Shown here: piece by piece, positions 39,454 to 50,038 of the stretch
Position numbering within the stretch: the first letter of the stretch is position 1
Layout: each line of letters opens with the position of its first letter
NCBI RefSeq assembly: GCF_000737315.1
Contig: NZ_JMCB01000003.1
Location: 496,001 to 560,000 of the forward strand
Direction of reading: 5' to 3'
Source: Hyalangium minutum
GTDB lineage: Bacteria; Myxococcota; Myxococcia; Myxococcales; Myxococcaceae
Length of the DNA: 64,000 bases
Notes under the pieces: generated by a model
What the model was told of the DNA's origin: nothing
Databases searched by the model: none
Seen by the model: the letters and a program-made list of their open reading frames with translations, nothing else
Position numbers and translations under genes: made by a program

Positions 39454-41586
39454 TCAGCGCTTGAGCGCGGCCTCGGTGGCCCGGAGCAGAGGCTCAGCGC
39501 TGATCGGCGCGCCCGTGGCGTTGACCATCCACTGGTCCGGCGTCACCGCCCCGTAGCGAGCCATCCGCTCGAACTCCGCCCCCAAGGGCCCCTTCTTCTT
39601 CATGTGCTCCTCGATCTGGAACGCGATGAGGTGCCCCAGGGGGTAGTCGGGCAGGTACATCGGGTAGGCGATCATGTGGCTGTAGATGCCCAGCAGCGCC
39701 GTCCCCGGCCCGCCCAGCACCGGCGCGTAGTAGCGATCCCAGGTCTCCTTCGCGATCGCCACCGTGGCATCGCGGAGCTGCGCGGGCGTGGCATCCGGGT
39801 GCTCGTACATCCAGTGCCACACGGCGATGTCCACCAGCGCCACGCCGGCGATCTCCCACGTGGCCCAGAAGTCATTGAGCACCCGCTCGCGCTCGGCCGC
39901 CGCGTCCGGCTTGCCCAGCCCCAGCAGCTCCTGGTCTCGCGCCTGGAAGACGAAGGCCAGCGCCTCCGTGAAGGCGTTGTTGGGCACGCCCTGCAACAGC
40001 GTGTGGTCCACATCATAGAGCGAGAACACCTGCTCCACGTTGTGCCCCAGCTCGTGCACGGCGATGTTGTAGCCCTTGTAGTTCATCCCCTCCTTCTCCA
40101 CCCGTGTGCGCAGGTGGGGGAAGTCGCCCCGCCGCATCGCCTGCATGGCGTGGCCCGCCCCGCGCGAGGGATCCACCCGGATGTGCTCGGCCAGGTACGC
40201 CGCGCGCTCCTTGGTGAAGCCCAGCCCCTGGAGAATGCGCGGAATGTCCTTGGCGAAGGCCTCCGCCGTCGGGTAGCGCTGCCGGGTCATCTTGTCGAGC
40301 TCCGTCTCCGAGCGCGACGAGCCCGGCCGGAACCCGTTGAACCACAGATCCTGCGGCTCCAGCTTGCGCCCCAGCCGCTGCTCGATGAGCCGGGCCGCCT
40401 GGGGCACCAGCGGCGAGGTGAGCACCTGCGTCAGCAGCGCCTTCACCCGCTCCTCGGGGATCTCTCGCTGGAACTCGAACGTCCGCGCGATCTGCGTGGG
40501 CGCCACTGGCACGTACGGGTCCACCTTCTCCGCCGCGTGGAAGTGCGCCTGCAGCCGCGCGTAGCGCGTGTCGGGCTCGGGCGCCGTGTCCACCTTCGCC
40601 GGGCGGTTGGGCGCATTGGGCTCCACCGTGTCCGCGGGCGCCACCGAGACGGTGTTCGTGAACGGATCCCAGTCCACCCGCGGGTTGTCGATGACGATGG
40701 CCGGGATCGTCTGCGTGACGATGCGCTCCATCACCTTGACGATCAGCCGCTGCTTGTCCAGCCCCTCTGCCTTGTTGGCGTAGTTGGCCTTCAGCTCGTC
40801 ACGCAGGTTCCAGTGGCTGATGAGCCGCAGTCCCTTCGGGAAGAGCCGCCGCCCCTTCCCGTCCACCACGTGGTGCATCCACACGTTGTACTCGGCGATG
40901 TAGAGGTCCGCCGCCGCGCCCGCGCGGGACACCTCCTGCTGCACCTCGGCCGGCACCCGGCGGTAGAAGCGGCCCGCCAGCCGCGCCTCGGCCCACTGGC
41001 GGCGCGTGTAGTCCTGGGCGTGCGCAGTGCGCTCGGCCAGCGTCGTCAGCGGGAAGTTCAGCAGCACCACGAAGCCGATCTTCGACTGGAACAGATCGTC
41101 CGTGACGTGAGCGCTCGGATCGTACGCCGCCAGCAGCGGATCCACCGGCAGCAGCGGCCCCAGATCCAGATCCGTGGCCCACCGCAGCTCGCGGCCCAGC
41201 TCGTTGAAGTGCCCATCCAGCTGCTCGAAGATCCGCTCCAGCCGCGCGAACGTATCGTCCAGCGCCTTCGGGTCGGCGATGAAGTACTCGCGGACGAACG
41301 CCGCCAGATCCCCGTCCTCCTCGCGCCACTGCGCGGCCACCTGCTCCACTCCGCGCTCAATCCGCGCGCGCTGCGCCTCGCCGTGCTTGGCCACCAGCTC
41401 CGCCTTCAGGGCGGCGGTGTCCAGCTTCTTCGTGGGCTTGGGCATGGGCGTGGACTCCGAGGCAGGGGCCGCCGCCTGCGCCGAGGGCTCGGCGGGCTGC
41501 GAAGGAGCGCTGGGCTGCGCGGTCGCGCATCCGAGCATCGTCAACACGGGGAGCAGTCGAGCGGAGCGGGGCAGGAACGTTCGCAA
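39454..41586 (-). CDS. Lipoprotein, putative gluzincin metallopeptidase (M3/M32-like)
   Basis: Lipobox MLGC; HELGH followed by NAFTEA. Start uncertain. Confidence 0.7.
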   Translation of the reverse strand: MRTFLPRSARLLPVLTMLGCATAQPSAPSQPAEPSAQAAAPASESTPMPKPTKKLDTAALKAELVAKHGEAQRARIERGVEQVAAQWREEDGDLAAFVREYFIADPKALDDTFARLERIFEQLDGHFNELGRELRWATDLDLGPLLPVDPLLAAYDPSAHVTDDLFQSKIGFVVLLNFPLTTLAERTAHAQDYTRRQWAEARLAGRFYRRVPAEVQQEVSRAGAAADLYIAEYNVWMHHVVDGKGRRLFPKGLRLISHWNLRDELKANYANKAEGLDKQRLIVKVMERIVTQTIPAIVIDNPRVDWDPFTNTVSVAPADTVEPNAPNRPAKVDTAPEPDTRYARLQAHFHAAEKVDPYVPVAPTQIARTFEFQREIPEERVKALLTQVLTSPLVPQAARLIEQRLGRKLEPQDLWFNGFRPGSSRSETELDKMTRQRYPTAEAFAKDIPRILQGLGFTKERAAYLAEHIRVDPSRGAGHAMQAMRRGDFPHLRTRVEKEGMNYKGYNIAVHELGHNVEQVFSLYDVDHTLLQGVPNNAFTEALAFVFQARDQELLGLGKPDAAAERERVLNDFWATWEIAGVALVDIAVWHWMYEHPDATPAQLRDATVAIAKETWDRYYAPVLGGPGTALLGIYSHMIAYPMYLPDYPLGHLIAFQIEEHMKKKGPLGAEFERMARYGAVTPDQWMVNATGAPISAEPLLRATEAALKR

Positions 41587-41665
41587 CGAGGGGGCCTCCA
41601 GAAAAGCGATGGGGGCCCGACCCTCTCGGATCGGCCCCCCGGGTGCAACGAAGAACGAGAGCTGG

Positions 41666-41869
41666 CTACCCTGCGCGCACGTTCTGAGCCTGGAGGCCCT
41701 TGGGGCCGCGCGTTACCTCGAACTGAACCTTCTGCCCTTCCTGCAGGGTGCGGAAGCCGTCCATGTTGATGGCAGTGTGATGGCAGAACACGTCCTCACC
41801 CCCGCCATCCTGCGTGATGAAACCGAACCCCTTGGCATCGTTGAACCACTTCACAGTACCAGTCGCCAT
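41666..41869 (-). CDS. cspA: Cold-shock protein
   Basis: [29 protein letters not shown]. Confidence 0.95.
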   Translation of the reverse strand: MATGTVKWFNDAKGFGFITQDGGGEDVFCHHTAINMDGFRTLQEGQKVQFEVTRGPKGLQAQNVRAG

Positions 41870-41985
41870 TGCTCTTCTTCCTTCGTCTCCACGGACGCGA
41901 AAATCGCCGTCCGGTCTAACGAGAAAAACCCGCTAGAGGCCCCAGAATTTAAGGCGGGGCCTCTACCTATGTCCATCCGGGAAGT

Positions 41986-43815
41986 TCACCAACCGCAGGT
42001 CTGGCCCTTGTTCTGCTGCTGGAGCCATTGACGCAGTGGGCTGAAGTACTCGATGAGCGGCGTGGCATCCATCTGCCGCTGGCCCGTCATGGCGAACAGG
42101 GCCTCCTGCCACGGCTTGCTGGCGCCCAGCTCGAGCATGGCCTGGAGCCGCTTACCGGCCTCCTTGTTCCCAAACACCGAGCACTCGTGGAGAGGGCCCT
42201 TGTAGCCAGCCGCCTCACACATGGCCTTGTGGAACTGGAACTGGAGGATACGGGCCAGGAAGTAGCGCGTGTAGGGCACGTTGGCGGGCACGTGGTACTT
42301 GGCGCCCGGATCGAAGTCCTGCTCGGTGCGGGCCACCGGCGGGGCCACGCCCTGGTACTTCTGGCGCAGCGCCCACCACGCCTTGTTGTAGTCGGCCGGC
42401 GCCGTCTTCCCGGAGAACACGTCCCAGCGCCACTGATCGATCAGCAGGCCGAACGGCAGGAACGCCACCTTCTCCAGCGCGTCCTTCAGCTGGAGGTTGA
42501 TGAGGTTCTTCTCGTTCTTCGGCACGTCTTTCAGCAGGCCGATCTGCTTGAGGTAGGCCGGGGTGATGGACAGGGTGATCGCGTCGCCAATGGCCTCGTG
42601 GAAGCCGTCATTGGCGCCCGCCTGGAAGAGCACGGGGAGCTGGTAGTAGTAGGTGAAGTAGTAGTCGTGGCCCAGCTCGTGGTGGATCGTGACGAGATCC
42701 TCCTCGGTGGGCTTGATGCACATCTTGATGCGCAGATCGTTGTTGAACGTCACGTCCCACGCGCTGGCGTGGCACACCACCTCGCGATCGCGCGGCTTGG
42801 TGAACTGCGAGCGCTCCCAGAAGGTCTGCGGCAGCGGCTTGAGCCCCAGCGACGTGAAGAACGACTCGCCCGTCTTCACCATCTTGATGGGATCGTAGCC
42901 CTGCGACTTGAGGGCCGCCGTCACGTCCAGGCTGGCCTGGCCGGGGTACGGCTCCACCAGCGGATAGATGTTGGCCCACTCCTGGGACCACATGTTGCCC
43001 AGCAGGTGCGCCGGGATGGGCTTGCCCGCGGGCACCTTGTCCGCGCCGTACTTCTTGGCCAGCTGGCCACGCACGTAGCAGTGCAGATCGTCATAGAGCG
43101 GCTTCACCTGCTGCCACAGCCGCTGGGTGTCCTTCTCGAAGGCGTCCGGCGACATGTCGTAGGCGGACTTCCAGAGATCGCCGATGTTGGCGAAGCCGAT
43201 CTCCTTGGCGCCCTCGTTGCCCAGCGCGACGAAGCGCTCGTAGAGCGGGCGCATGGGCTGGGAGATGGAGTGCCAGCCGCGCCACGCGTCCAGCAGCTCG
43301 TCGTAGTTGCGGCTGGTGGAGAGCACATCCTCCAGCTCGCCCAGGTCCTTGCAGGACTCCTTCCCGGCGTTGTCCTTCTTGCAGTACTTGCCCTTGCCGT
43401 AGAGGCCCTCGAGCTTGGCGGCGATGGCGGCCAGGTCCGCGCGCTTCTGCGCGTCCGAGGGCGCGGCGATGGCCGAGCTCACCTTCAGCAGGTGGATGGT
43501 GCGCGCGGTGTCCGCATCCAGCTTCAGCCCCTCGAAGCGGCGCGAGTCCTTGATGGCCTGGTTCATGTACGCGAGCACCTCCTCGTTGATGGAGGCCGCG
43601 TTCCGCTCGGTGTCGTCGGTGATGTACGTGGACTTGATCCACTCGGCCGTGGACTGCTTGACCCAGAGGCGCTTCAGGTCCGAGTTGACGCGCTCGGCGA
43701 ACTGCTTGGCGTCCGCGGCGGTGGGCTTGCTCTGGGCGGCTGCCGGCAAGGCGGACAGGAGCGCGGCCGCGCAGGCCACGCGCACGGTGGACAGCAAGGA
43801 GGGGTGTCGGATCAT
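41986..43815 (-). CDS. Secreted M2-family peptidyl-dipeptidase (ACE-like)
   Basis: HLLGNMWSQEW, HASAWD, HHELGH, FHEAIGD, FDPGAKYHV, YTRYFLA. Confidence 0.95.
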   Translation of the reverse strand: MIRHPSLLSTVRVACAAALLSALPAAAQSKPTAADAKQFAERVNSDLKRLWVKQSTAEWIKSTYITDDTERNAASINEEVLAYMNQAIKDSRRFEGLKLDADTARTIHLLKVSSAIAAPSDAQKRADLAAIAAKLEGLYGKGKYCKKDNAGKESCKDLGELEDVLSTSRNYDELLDAWRGWHSISQPMRPLYERFVALGNEGAKEIGFANIGDLWKSAYDMSPDAFEKDTQRLWQQVKPLYDDLHCYVRGQLAKKYGADKVPAGKPIPAHLLGNMWSQEWANIYPLVEPYPGQASLDVTAALKSQGYDPIKMVKTGESFFTSLGLKPLPQTFWERSQFTKPRDREVVCHASAWDVTFNNDLRIKMCIKPTEEDLVTIHHELGHDYYFTYYYQLPVLFQAGANDGFHEAIGDAITLSITPAYLKQIGLLKDVPKNEKNLINLQLKDALEKVAFLPFGLLIDQWRWDVFSGKTAPADYNKAWWALRQKYQGVAPPVARTEQDFDPGAKYHVPANVPYTRYFLARILQFQFHKAMCEAAGYKGPLHECSVFGNKEAGKRLQAMLELGASKPWQEALFAMTGQRQMDATPLIEYFSPLRQWLQQQNKGQTCGW

Positions 43816-43993
43816 GGCGCGGGACCCTAGAGGAAGCGCTGCTTGAAGGCACCCTGAAACGTTGGATCTCAGGAGGGGACTTCCCTGCTGACGCAGTGCG
43901 AAAAGCGCCAGGCATTCAGTCCTTGCTCGGAGAGCGAGCGGGCGGAGTGCGGGCGCCCTCGCGCTGGGCTGCCGGGCGCTACAGCTTGAGTCC

Positions 43994-45091
43994 ATGCTGC
44001 TGGGACTGACAGGGGATCCAGGGTGGCCCGCGCCCGCCGAAGCGCTGGCGAAAGCGCGTCGCTTCCTGGAGGCACAGAAGGACCGTCATGTCCTCGTGGC
44101 GCCTCATACCGACGTGGATGGGCTCTCCTCGGGAGTCTTGGCGCTGCGGGCACTGCGGACGCTCGGGGCGCGGACCACCTCGCGGCTCCCGGGCAAGGGT
44201 GAGCACGCTCACTCGCCTGCCTTCCAAGAGCGCATGGCCAAAGTGGGCGCCGAGGCGCTCGTGGTGCTCGACATGGGGAGCCGCTCCGCCCCCATCCTTC
44301 CGGGCGTGCCCACGCTCGTCGTGGACCACCACCCGTCCACGGAGTACCCGGAGGGAGCGCTGGTGCTCACCAGCTACGGCCATGAGCCCATCGCCCCCAC
44401 GAGCCTGTTGACCTATTCGCTCGTCTCGCCCCTGGTCATCCCTGGCCCACTGGAGTGGCTGGCTGTGCTCGGCACCGTGGCGGATCTCGGGGTGGATGCT
44501 CCCCTGCCCTCGCTCAAGGACGCGCTGCGACGCGCGGGGCGTAAGGCCGTGACGGAAGCCGTGGCCTTGCTCAATGCCGCGCGACGCTCGTCCCACTTCG
44601 CCGCGTCCCTGGGGCTCGAGGTGCTGATGCGCGCGGGCAGCGCCGCGGACATCAACGAGGGCCGAGTGCCCGGCGTGGACGCGCTTCGTGACTGCCGTCT
44701 GGAGGTCCAGCGCGAGGTGACCCGCTGTGCGAAGACCCCTCCCCGCTTCTCTGGGAACGTGGCGCTGCTGCTGTTCAGCTCCGGCGCCCAGGTCCACCCG
44801 CTGGTGGCGGTGCGCTGGGCCCAGCGGCTGCCCGAGCACATCGTCATCGCCGCCAACGCGGGCTATCTCCCCGGCCGGGTGAACTTCGCCGTGCGCAGCC
44901 GCGAGCCGAGGGATCTCATCGCCTTCTTGCGCGGGCTGGAGCTGCCCTTCGAGGGCGAGTACGCCCGGGGCCATGCCCAGGCCACCGGAGGCAGCCTCTC
45001 CGCCCGGGAGTTCCTCCAGTTCACCGAGGCGCTCGGCTTCCGAGGGCTCCAGGCGAACGACGTGGAGCGCCGGGGCGTCGCGCCAGGCTGA
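43994..45091 (+). CDS. DHH family phosphoesterase (RecJ-like)
   Basis: HTDVDGLSS, LDMG, VDHH, GTVAD, GHAQATG. Confidence 0.88.
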   Translation: MLLGLTGDPGWPAPAEALAKARRFLEAQKDRHVLVAPHTDVDGLSSGVLALRALRTLGARTTSRLPGKGEHAHSPAFQERMAKVGAEALVVLDMGSRSAPILPGVPTLVVDHHPSTEYPEGALVLTSYGHEPIAPTSLLTYSLVSPLVIPGPLEWLAVLGTVADLGVDAPLPSLKDALRRAGRKAVTEAVALLNAARRSSHFAASLGLEVLMRAGSAADINEGRVPGVDALRDCRLEVQREVTRCAKTPPRFSGNVALLLFSSGAQVHPLVAVRWAQRLPEHIVIAANAGYLPGRVNFAVRSREPRDLIAFLRGLELPFEGEYARGHAQATGGSLSAREFLQFTEALGFRGLQANDVERRGVAPG

Positions 45092-45114
45092 GCCCCTTGA
45101 GGTATGAGGAGGCC

Positions 45115-45636
45115 ATGCTCCGGCTCTCCCTCGTACTCCCACTCCTGTCGGTCTCGCTTCTGGCTTGCTCCTCCGAGTCCGATGATTGTGAGCGCTTCGA
45201 CTTCCCCCTGGCCCCGCAGGTCTCGGCGAATCACACCCCCACCTGCGCGAGTGCTTGTGGCAACGGGCTGAGCCCTCCGAACGCGGGCCCCCACTGCAGC
45301 TCCACCCTCGCCTGCCAGACCTATGACATCGAGCAGCCGACGTGCGTCTGGCTGCACAACCTGGAGCACGGCCACGGGGTCTTCCTCTACAACTGTCCCG
45401 AGGGTTGCCCGGACGAGGTCGCCAAGCTCGAGCAGGCCCGGAACGAGGCGCGCGCTGGCTCTAATGGTGTCCGGCGGGCGCTGGTGGCTCCGGCCTCGGG
45501 TCTGCCCAACCGGGTCGCCGCGCTCCTGTGGCGCCGCACGTACCTGGCGGACACAGCGGATCCCGAGGCCCTCCGCTGCCTGCTCAAGCTCCAGGATCAG
45601 GACGCCCCCGAGCCGGGCCTCAGCTGCGCGCAATAA
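45115..45636 (+). CDS. DUF3105-like lipoprotein
   Basis: Lipobox LLAC; PP-x-AGPH, WLHNLEHG-x-GV-x-LYNC. Confidence 0.8.
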   Translation: MLRLSLVLPLLSVSLLACSSESDDCERFDFPLAPQVSANHTPTCASACGNGLSPPNAGPHCSSTLACQTYDIEQPTCVWLHNLEHGHGVFLYNCPEGCPDEVAKLEQARNEARAGSNGVRRALVAPASGLPNRVAALLWRRTYLADTADPEALRCLLKLQDQDAPEPGLSCAQ

Positions 45637-45758
45637 ATAACCTGGGAGCTCGGCGGTCCAACCCGTTGAATCCTCAAGACTCACTGGGTTTTTTCCGCGC
45701 GTAGATCGAATCGGGGACTCGTGCGTTCGAGATTTATTCCCTCGAACACGGAGCCTCC

Positions 45759-47606
45759 ATGTCTCAGTCGCTGCGCCGCCTGTCCCGCTGGGGAAGCACC
45801 TTCCTCGCCATGAGCCTCATCCCCGGGTGCGCCACCAAGAGCCCCCAGGAGGCCTCCGCTGTCCAGAAGGAGCGCGCCGACATTGCGCAGCAGGTCGCGC
45901 CCCAGCAGCCCCGCGCGCGGGCTGAGGCTCTGCCTCTCGTCGCGCCGGCCGAAAAGGTGGCCAAGGCGCAGCCCCCTGCGGAGCCCGAGGCCTCCGAGGA
46001 GGATGTCGAAGGCGAAGTGGTCGGAAGTGTCGAGGGAATGGTCATGGGCGGGGTGCTGGGAGCCCAAGTCTCGTCCGAATCCTCTCGGGCGTATGCCCCT
46101 CCGCCTCCGCCTCCGCCTACCAGCATGGCCTACCGGGCCAAGCCGGGGAAGAAGGCGATGATGCAGCCGGGGAGCATGGCGCCGAGCCCCAAGCCCAGCA
46201 CTCCCCCCGTCACCGAGGTCGAGGACGGCGTCACCACCCAGCACGGCAACACCTTCGAGGCCTACGCGGCCAACCCCTTCACCACCACGAAGGAGGACGC
46301 GCTCTCCACCTTCGCGGTGGACGTGGACACCGCCTCGTACTCGCTGGCGCGCCGCTACCTGAAGCAAGGCTCCCTGCCCCCGCCCGAGGCCGTGCGCGTC
46401 GAGGAGTTCGTCAACTACTTCAAGTACCGCTACGCCCCGCCGGAGAAGGGCGCCTTCACGGTGCACATCGAGGGTGCGCCCTCCCCGTTCGGCGAGGGCC
46501 GGCACTTCCTGCGCGTGGGCGTGCAGGGCAAGATCGTCTCGCGCTCGCAGCGCAAGGCGGCGCACCTCGTGTTCCTGGTGGACACCAGCGGCTCCATGCA
46601 GTCCGAGGACAAGCTGCCGCTCGTCAAGGAGGCGATGAAGATCGCCGTCAAGAACCTCAACGAGAACGACACGGTGGCCATCGTCACCTACGCGGGCTCC
46701 ACGCAGGACGTGCTGCCTCCCACGCCCGCCACGGACCAGAAGCGCATCTACGCGGCGATCGACTCGCTCCAGTCCGGCGGTGGCACGGCCATGGGCACGG
46801 GCATGGAGATGGCGTACCGCCACGCCGTGAGGAAGGTGGGCGGCAACGTGGTCTCCCGCGTGATCGTCCTCACGGACGGTGACACCAACATCGGGCCCAA
46901 CCTCTCCGCGGACTCCATGCTGACGAGCATCAAGAACTACGTGGCCGAGGGCGTCACGTTGACGACGGTGGGCTTCGGCATGGGCAACTACCGCGACGAC
47001 ATGATGGAGAAGCTGGCGGACAAGGGGAACGGCAACAGCTTCTACGTGGACAGCTTCGCGGAGGCGAAGAAGGTCTTCGAGACGCAGCTCACGGGCACGA
47101 TCGAGGTGATCGCCAAGGACGTGAAGCTCCAGGTGGAGTTCAACCCGGCCTCCGTGCGCCGCTACCGGCTGGTGGGCTACGAGAACCGCAACGTGGCGGA
47201 TCGGGACTTCCGCAACGACAAGGTGGACGCGGGAGAGATCGGCGCGGGCCACAACGTCACGGCGCTGTACGAGGTGGAGCTGACCGGCGAGCAGGCCCCG
47301 CTGGCCACGGTGCGCATCCGCGCCAAGGCGCCCAACGGCACCGAGGCCGCCGAGCAGGCCTTCCCCTTCGAGCGGAGCATGCTGCGCTCCTCGGTGGAGG
47401 AGGCCTCCTCGGACTTCCGGTTCGCGCTGGCGGTGGCGTCCACGGCGGACATCCTGCGGCACAGCCCGGCTTCGAAGGACTGGAGCCTGGCCACCGCGCG
47501 CAAGCTCGGCGAGGGCGCCTCCGATGGCACCGCCGAGCGCACCGAGTTCCTGAAGCTGGTGACGCAGGCCCAGGCACTCATGGGCGCCTCGGCCGCGCGC
47601 CGTTAG
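45759..47606 (+). CDS. VWA domain lipoprotein (YfbK-like)
   Basis: Lipobox; STFAVDVDTASY, VRVEEFVNYF, DTSGSM, TDGD, YRLVGYENR, DAGEIGAGH. Confidence 0.92.
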   Translation: MSQSLRRLSRWGSTFLAMSLIPGCATKSPQEASAVQKERADIAQQVAPQQPRARAEALPLVAPAEKVAKAQPPAEPEASEEDVEGEVVGSVEGMVMGGVLGAQVSSESSRAYAPPPPPPPTSMAYRAKPGKKAMMQPGSMAPSPKPSTPPVTEVEDGVTTQHGNTFEAYAANPFTTTKEDALSTFAVDVDTASYSLARRYLKQGSLPPPEAVRVEEFVNYFKYRYAPPEKGAFTVHIEGAPSPFGEGRHFLRVGVQGKIVSRSQRKAAHLVFLVDTSGSMQSEDKLPLVKEAMKIAVKNLNENDTVAIVTYAGSTQDVLPPTPATDQKRIYAAIDSLQSGGGTAMGTGMEMAYRHAVRKVGGNVVSRVIVLTDGDTNIGPNLSADSMLTSIKNYVAEGVTLTTVGFGMGNYRDDMMEKLADKGNGNSFYVDSFAEAKKVFETQLTGTIEVIAKDVKLQVEFNPASVRRYRLVGYENRNVADRDFRNDKVDAGEIGAGHNVTALYEVELTGEQAPLATVRIRAKAPNGTEAAEQAFPFERSMLRSSVEEASSDFRFALAVASTADILRHSPASKDWSLATARKLGEGASDGTAERTEFLKLVTQAQALMGASAARR

Positions 47607-47615
47607 CTTCCAGCC

Positions 47616-48911
47616 TCAGTCCACCGAGGCCTGCGTGGCGAAGAAGACCACGCGGCCTCCCGAGGCGGGATCCGTGACGCCACTGACGCCCTCGGTGGCC
47701 GTCCACAGGTTGGTGCCCGAGCCCGTGGCGTGCATGCCCTCGGGCATCTTCGCCCACTGGGCGCTGCCCGACAGGTAGGCCGTGCGCGAGGCGCTCGTGG
47801 ACACCTTGAAGAGCGCCCCGCCATAGCGCGTGGAGCTCAGCCAGTACGAAGTGGCCGCCGTCGAGGTCATGATCGGAGCCACGCCCTGCACGTTGGGCTC
47901 GTTCATGATGTAGGCCTTCTCAGGGGCCACCAGGCCACTCACCGTCTTCAGCTTGTTCGTGGCGGAGTCCAGCGGCCAGCGGTAGAGCCGTCCACCCAGC
48001 CCCGGCGTCGAGCCGTCATAGGGGCACGAGGTGCCGGTGTTGTTGCAGTACTCGCCCGAGAGCACCACCGGCGTGGTGCCGCGCGTGTCCTTGCCCAGGA
48101 AGGAGAACTTCGGGCGGCACGGGCTCACGGTGGCCGTGGGCACCACGTACGCGCTCACCTGCGGCAGCACGTACTTGTACCCGTAGGCGCACCACACCGA
48201 GCCCACCTTCCCGATCGCCGTCTCACACGTAGTGCTGGTGTCCACCTGGCGGATCTGCGTGAGGTCGAACACGCGGATGCCATCGGCGGTGTCGGCCATA
48301 TAAAGGTAGTTGCCGAACCAGGCCAGGCCACCGCCGTGCTCGGGGATGGTGGTGAAGTTGCCGGAGCTGGTGGGCCGCACCAGCAGCACGTGCCGGTAAT
48401 TCACCGCGCTCAGGGACATGTCCGAGATGTCCGCCACGGAGATGCGCACGCCCTTGTCCGGAGCGGCGGCCGCGTAGTGCCAGGCGACGACGGCGACGTT
48501 GGTGCTACCGGAAACGCCCGCCGTCATGCCCTGGGGGATCCACTCTGTGGTGGACATGTCCCCGTCGTTCCAACGGAAGCCGCCCTTGTAGCCCGCCGCC
48601 GGCGGGTGGTTGAGCGAGCCCAGCACAGGCCCTGCACGGTTCAGATCCAGCAGGACATCATCCAGCCCCAGTGCCGGACCCACAGGCGTCATGTACGAGG
48701 TGTAGGCGCTCCAGGTGTTCTGATCCTGCAGCTTCAGGCAGCTCGCATCGTGCGTCGCGAGCGGGGCGCCCTCGGTGAGGGCCTGCTGCACGGCCCCCGA
48801 GCCCTCCTCTGGGAGCGCCTCGGCCTCGGGGCCACACCCCGTCAGCCCCGCCCCCGCCAGACACACCGCGATGAACAGGCCTCTTCCCTCTGTGAACGCG
48901 CTCTTCAACAT
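47616..48911 (-). CDS. Secreted hypothetical lipoprotein, probably beta-propeller
   Basis: Lipobox LTGC; PQG, HGGGLAW, NVQG and MPEG blade-like motifs. Confidence 0.72.
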   Translation of the reverse strand: MLKSAFTEGRGLFIAVCLAGAGLTGCGPEAEALPEEGSGAVQQALTEGAPLATHDASCLKLQDQNTWSAYTSYMTPVGPALGLDDVLLDLNRAGPVLGSLNHPPAAGYKGGFRWNDGDMSTTEWIPQGMTAGVSGSTNVAVVAWHYAAAAPDKGVRISVADISDMSLSAVNYRHVLLVRPTSSGNFTTIPEHGGGLAWFGNYLYMADTADGIRVFDLTQIRQVDTSTTCETAIGKVGSVWCAYGYKYVLPQVSAYVVPTATVSPCRPKFSFLGKDTRGTTPVVLSGEYCNNTGTSCPYDGSTPGLGGRLYRWPLDSATNKLKTVSGLVAPEKAYIMNEPNVQGVAPIMTSTAATSYWLSSTRYGGALFKVSTSASRTAYLSGSAQWAKMPEGMHATGSGTNLWTATEGVSGVTDPASGGRVVFFATQASVD

Positions 48912-49019
48912 GTGCTCCTTGCTCGAACCGTGTCCCCATCAGAGGGCCCGAAATCACGGTTATCCCAATTTAATTGGATTTTTCCTGTTAGACTGGGACA
49001 TCACCGCCGAGGCCCTCTC

Positions 49020-50033
49020 ATGGCGCCGTCCCCCCGGAAAGCTCCCCCCACTCCCTTTGGGGACTACCTCCTCCTCGATCGCATCAGCATTGGCGGCATG
49101 GCCGAGCTCTGGCGCGCCAAGATGTTCGGGAGCGAGGGCGGCGGGCGGCTCGTGGCGCTCAAGCGGATCCTCCCGTTCCTGTCGATGGACGAAGAGTTCA
49201 TCGCGATGTTCCTGGACGAGGGGCGGCTGGGGCTCCAGCTGCTCCACACCAACATCGCGCAGACCTTCGAGATGGGACAGGTCAACTCCGAGCCCTTCCT
49301 CTCCATGGAGTACGTGGCCGGCAAGTCGCTGGGAGACATCTTCGAGCACCACCGCAAGGGGGGCGAGCCCGCGCCCCTGCCCCTGGTGCTCCACTGCATC
49401 GCGGAGATGTGCGCGGGCCTGGACTACGCGCACCGGAAGAAGGACGGCACGGGGAGAGACTTGAACCTCGTCCACCGAGGCCTCTCCCCCCACGACGTGC
49501 TGCTCTCCTTCAACGGTGAGGTGAAGGTGATCGACTTCGGGATCGCCAAGGCCACGGGCCGGGTGACGCAGACGCAGCCCGGCATCATCAAAGGCAAGTT
49601 CGGCTACATGAGCCTGGAGCAGATCGACGGCCCGGCGGTGGATCGGCGCGCGGACGTATTCGTGATCGGCGTGTGCCTCTACGAGCTGCTCACGGGCGAG
49701 CGGCTCTTCCCGGGGGATAACCCGATCGACATCATCGAGAAGATGCGCCAGATGCAGGTGGCGCCGCCGTCCCAGTTCAACGCCGACGTGCCCCAGGTGC
49801 TGGATCGGATCGTCTTCCGCGCGCTGGCGCCCAACGTGAACGAGCGCTACGCGTACGCGAGCGAGCTGGGCGACGATCTGCGGCGCTTCCTGGCCCAGTA
49901 TGGCGAGCGCTTCACGCAGGAGGATCTGCGGAAGTACCTGCGCACCACCTTCGCGCAGGATGTCCAGAGAGAGGAGCAGCGGCTGCGGGAGTACGCGCAG
50001 ATGACGCCGCCCAAGGACTTCGACTTCTCCTGA
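49020..50033 (+). CDS. Pkn-type Ser/Thr kinase domain with degenerate catalytic loop (probable pseudokinase)
   Basis: IGGMAEL, VALKRI, DFGIAK and GKFGYMS are present, but HRD...N reads HRGLSPHD. Confidence 0.88.
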   Translation: MAPSPRKAPPTPFGDYLLLDRISIGGMAELWRAKMFGSEGGGRLVALKRILPFLSMDEEFIAMFLDEGRLGLQLLHTNIAQTFEMGQVNSEPFLSMEYVAGKSLGDIFEHHRKGGEPAPLPLVLHCIAEMCAGLDYAHRKKDGTGRDLNLVHRGLSPHDVLLSFNGEVKVIDFGIAKATGRVTQTQPGIIKGKFGYMSLEQIDGPAVDRRADVFVIGVCLYELLTGERLFPGDNPIDIIEKMRQMQVAPPSQFNADVPQVLDRIVFRALAPNVNERYAYASELGDDLRRFLAQYGERFTQEDLRKYLRTTFAQDVQREEQRLREYAQMTPPKDFDFS

Positions 50034-50038
50034 GCGCG

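Noticed and set aside
47730-49019. Long N-terminal extension on the kinase ORF
   Set aside because: Antisense to the 47616-48911 gene; the kinase starts at ATG 49020.
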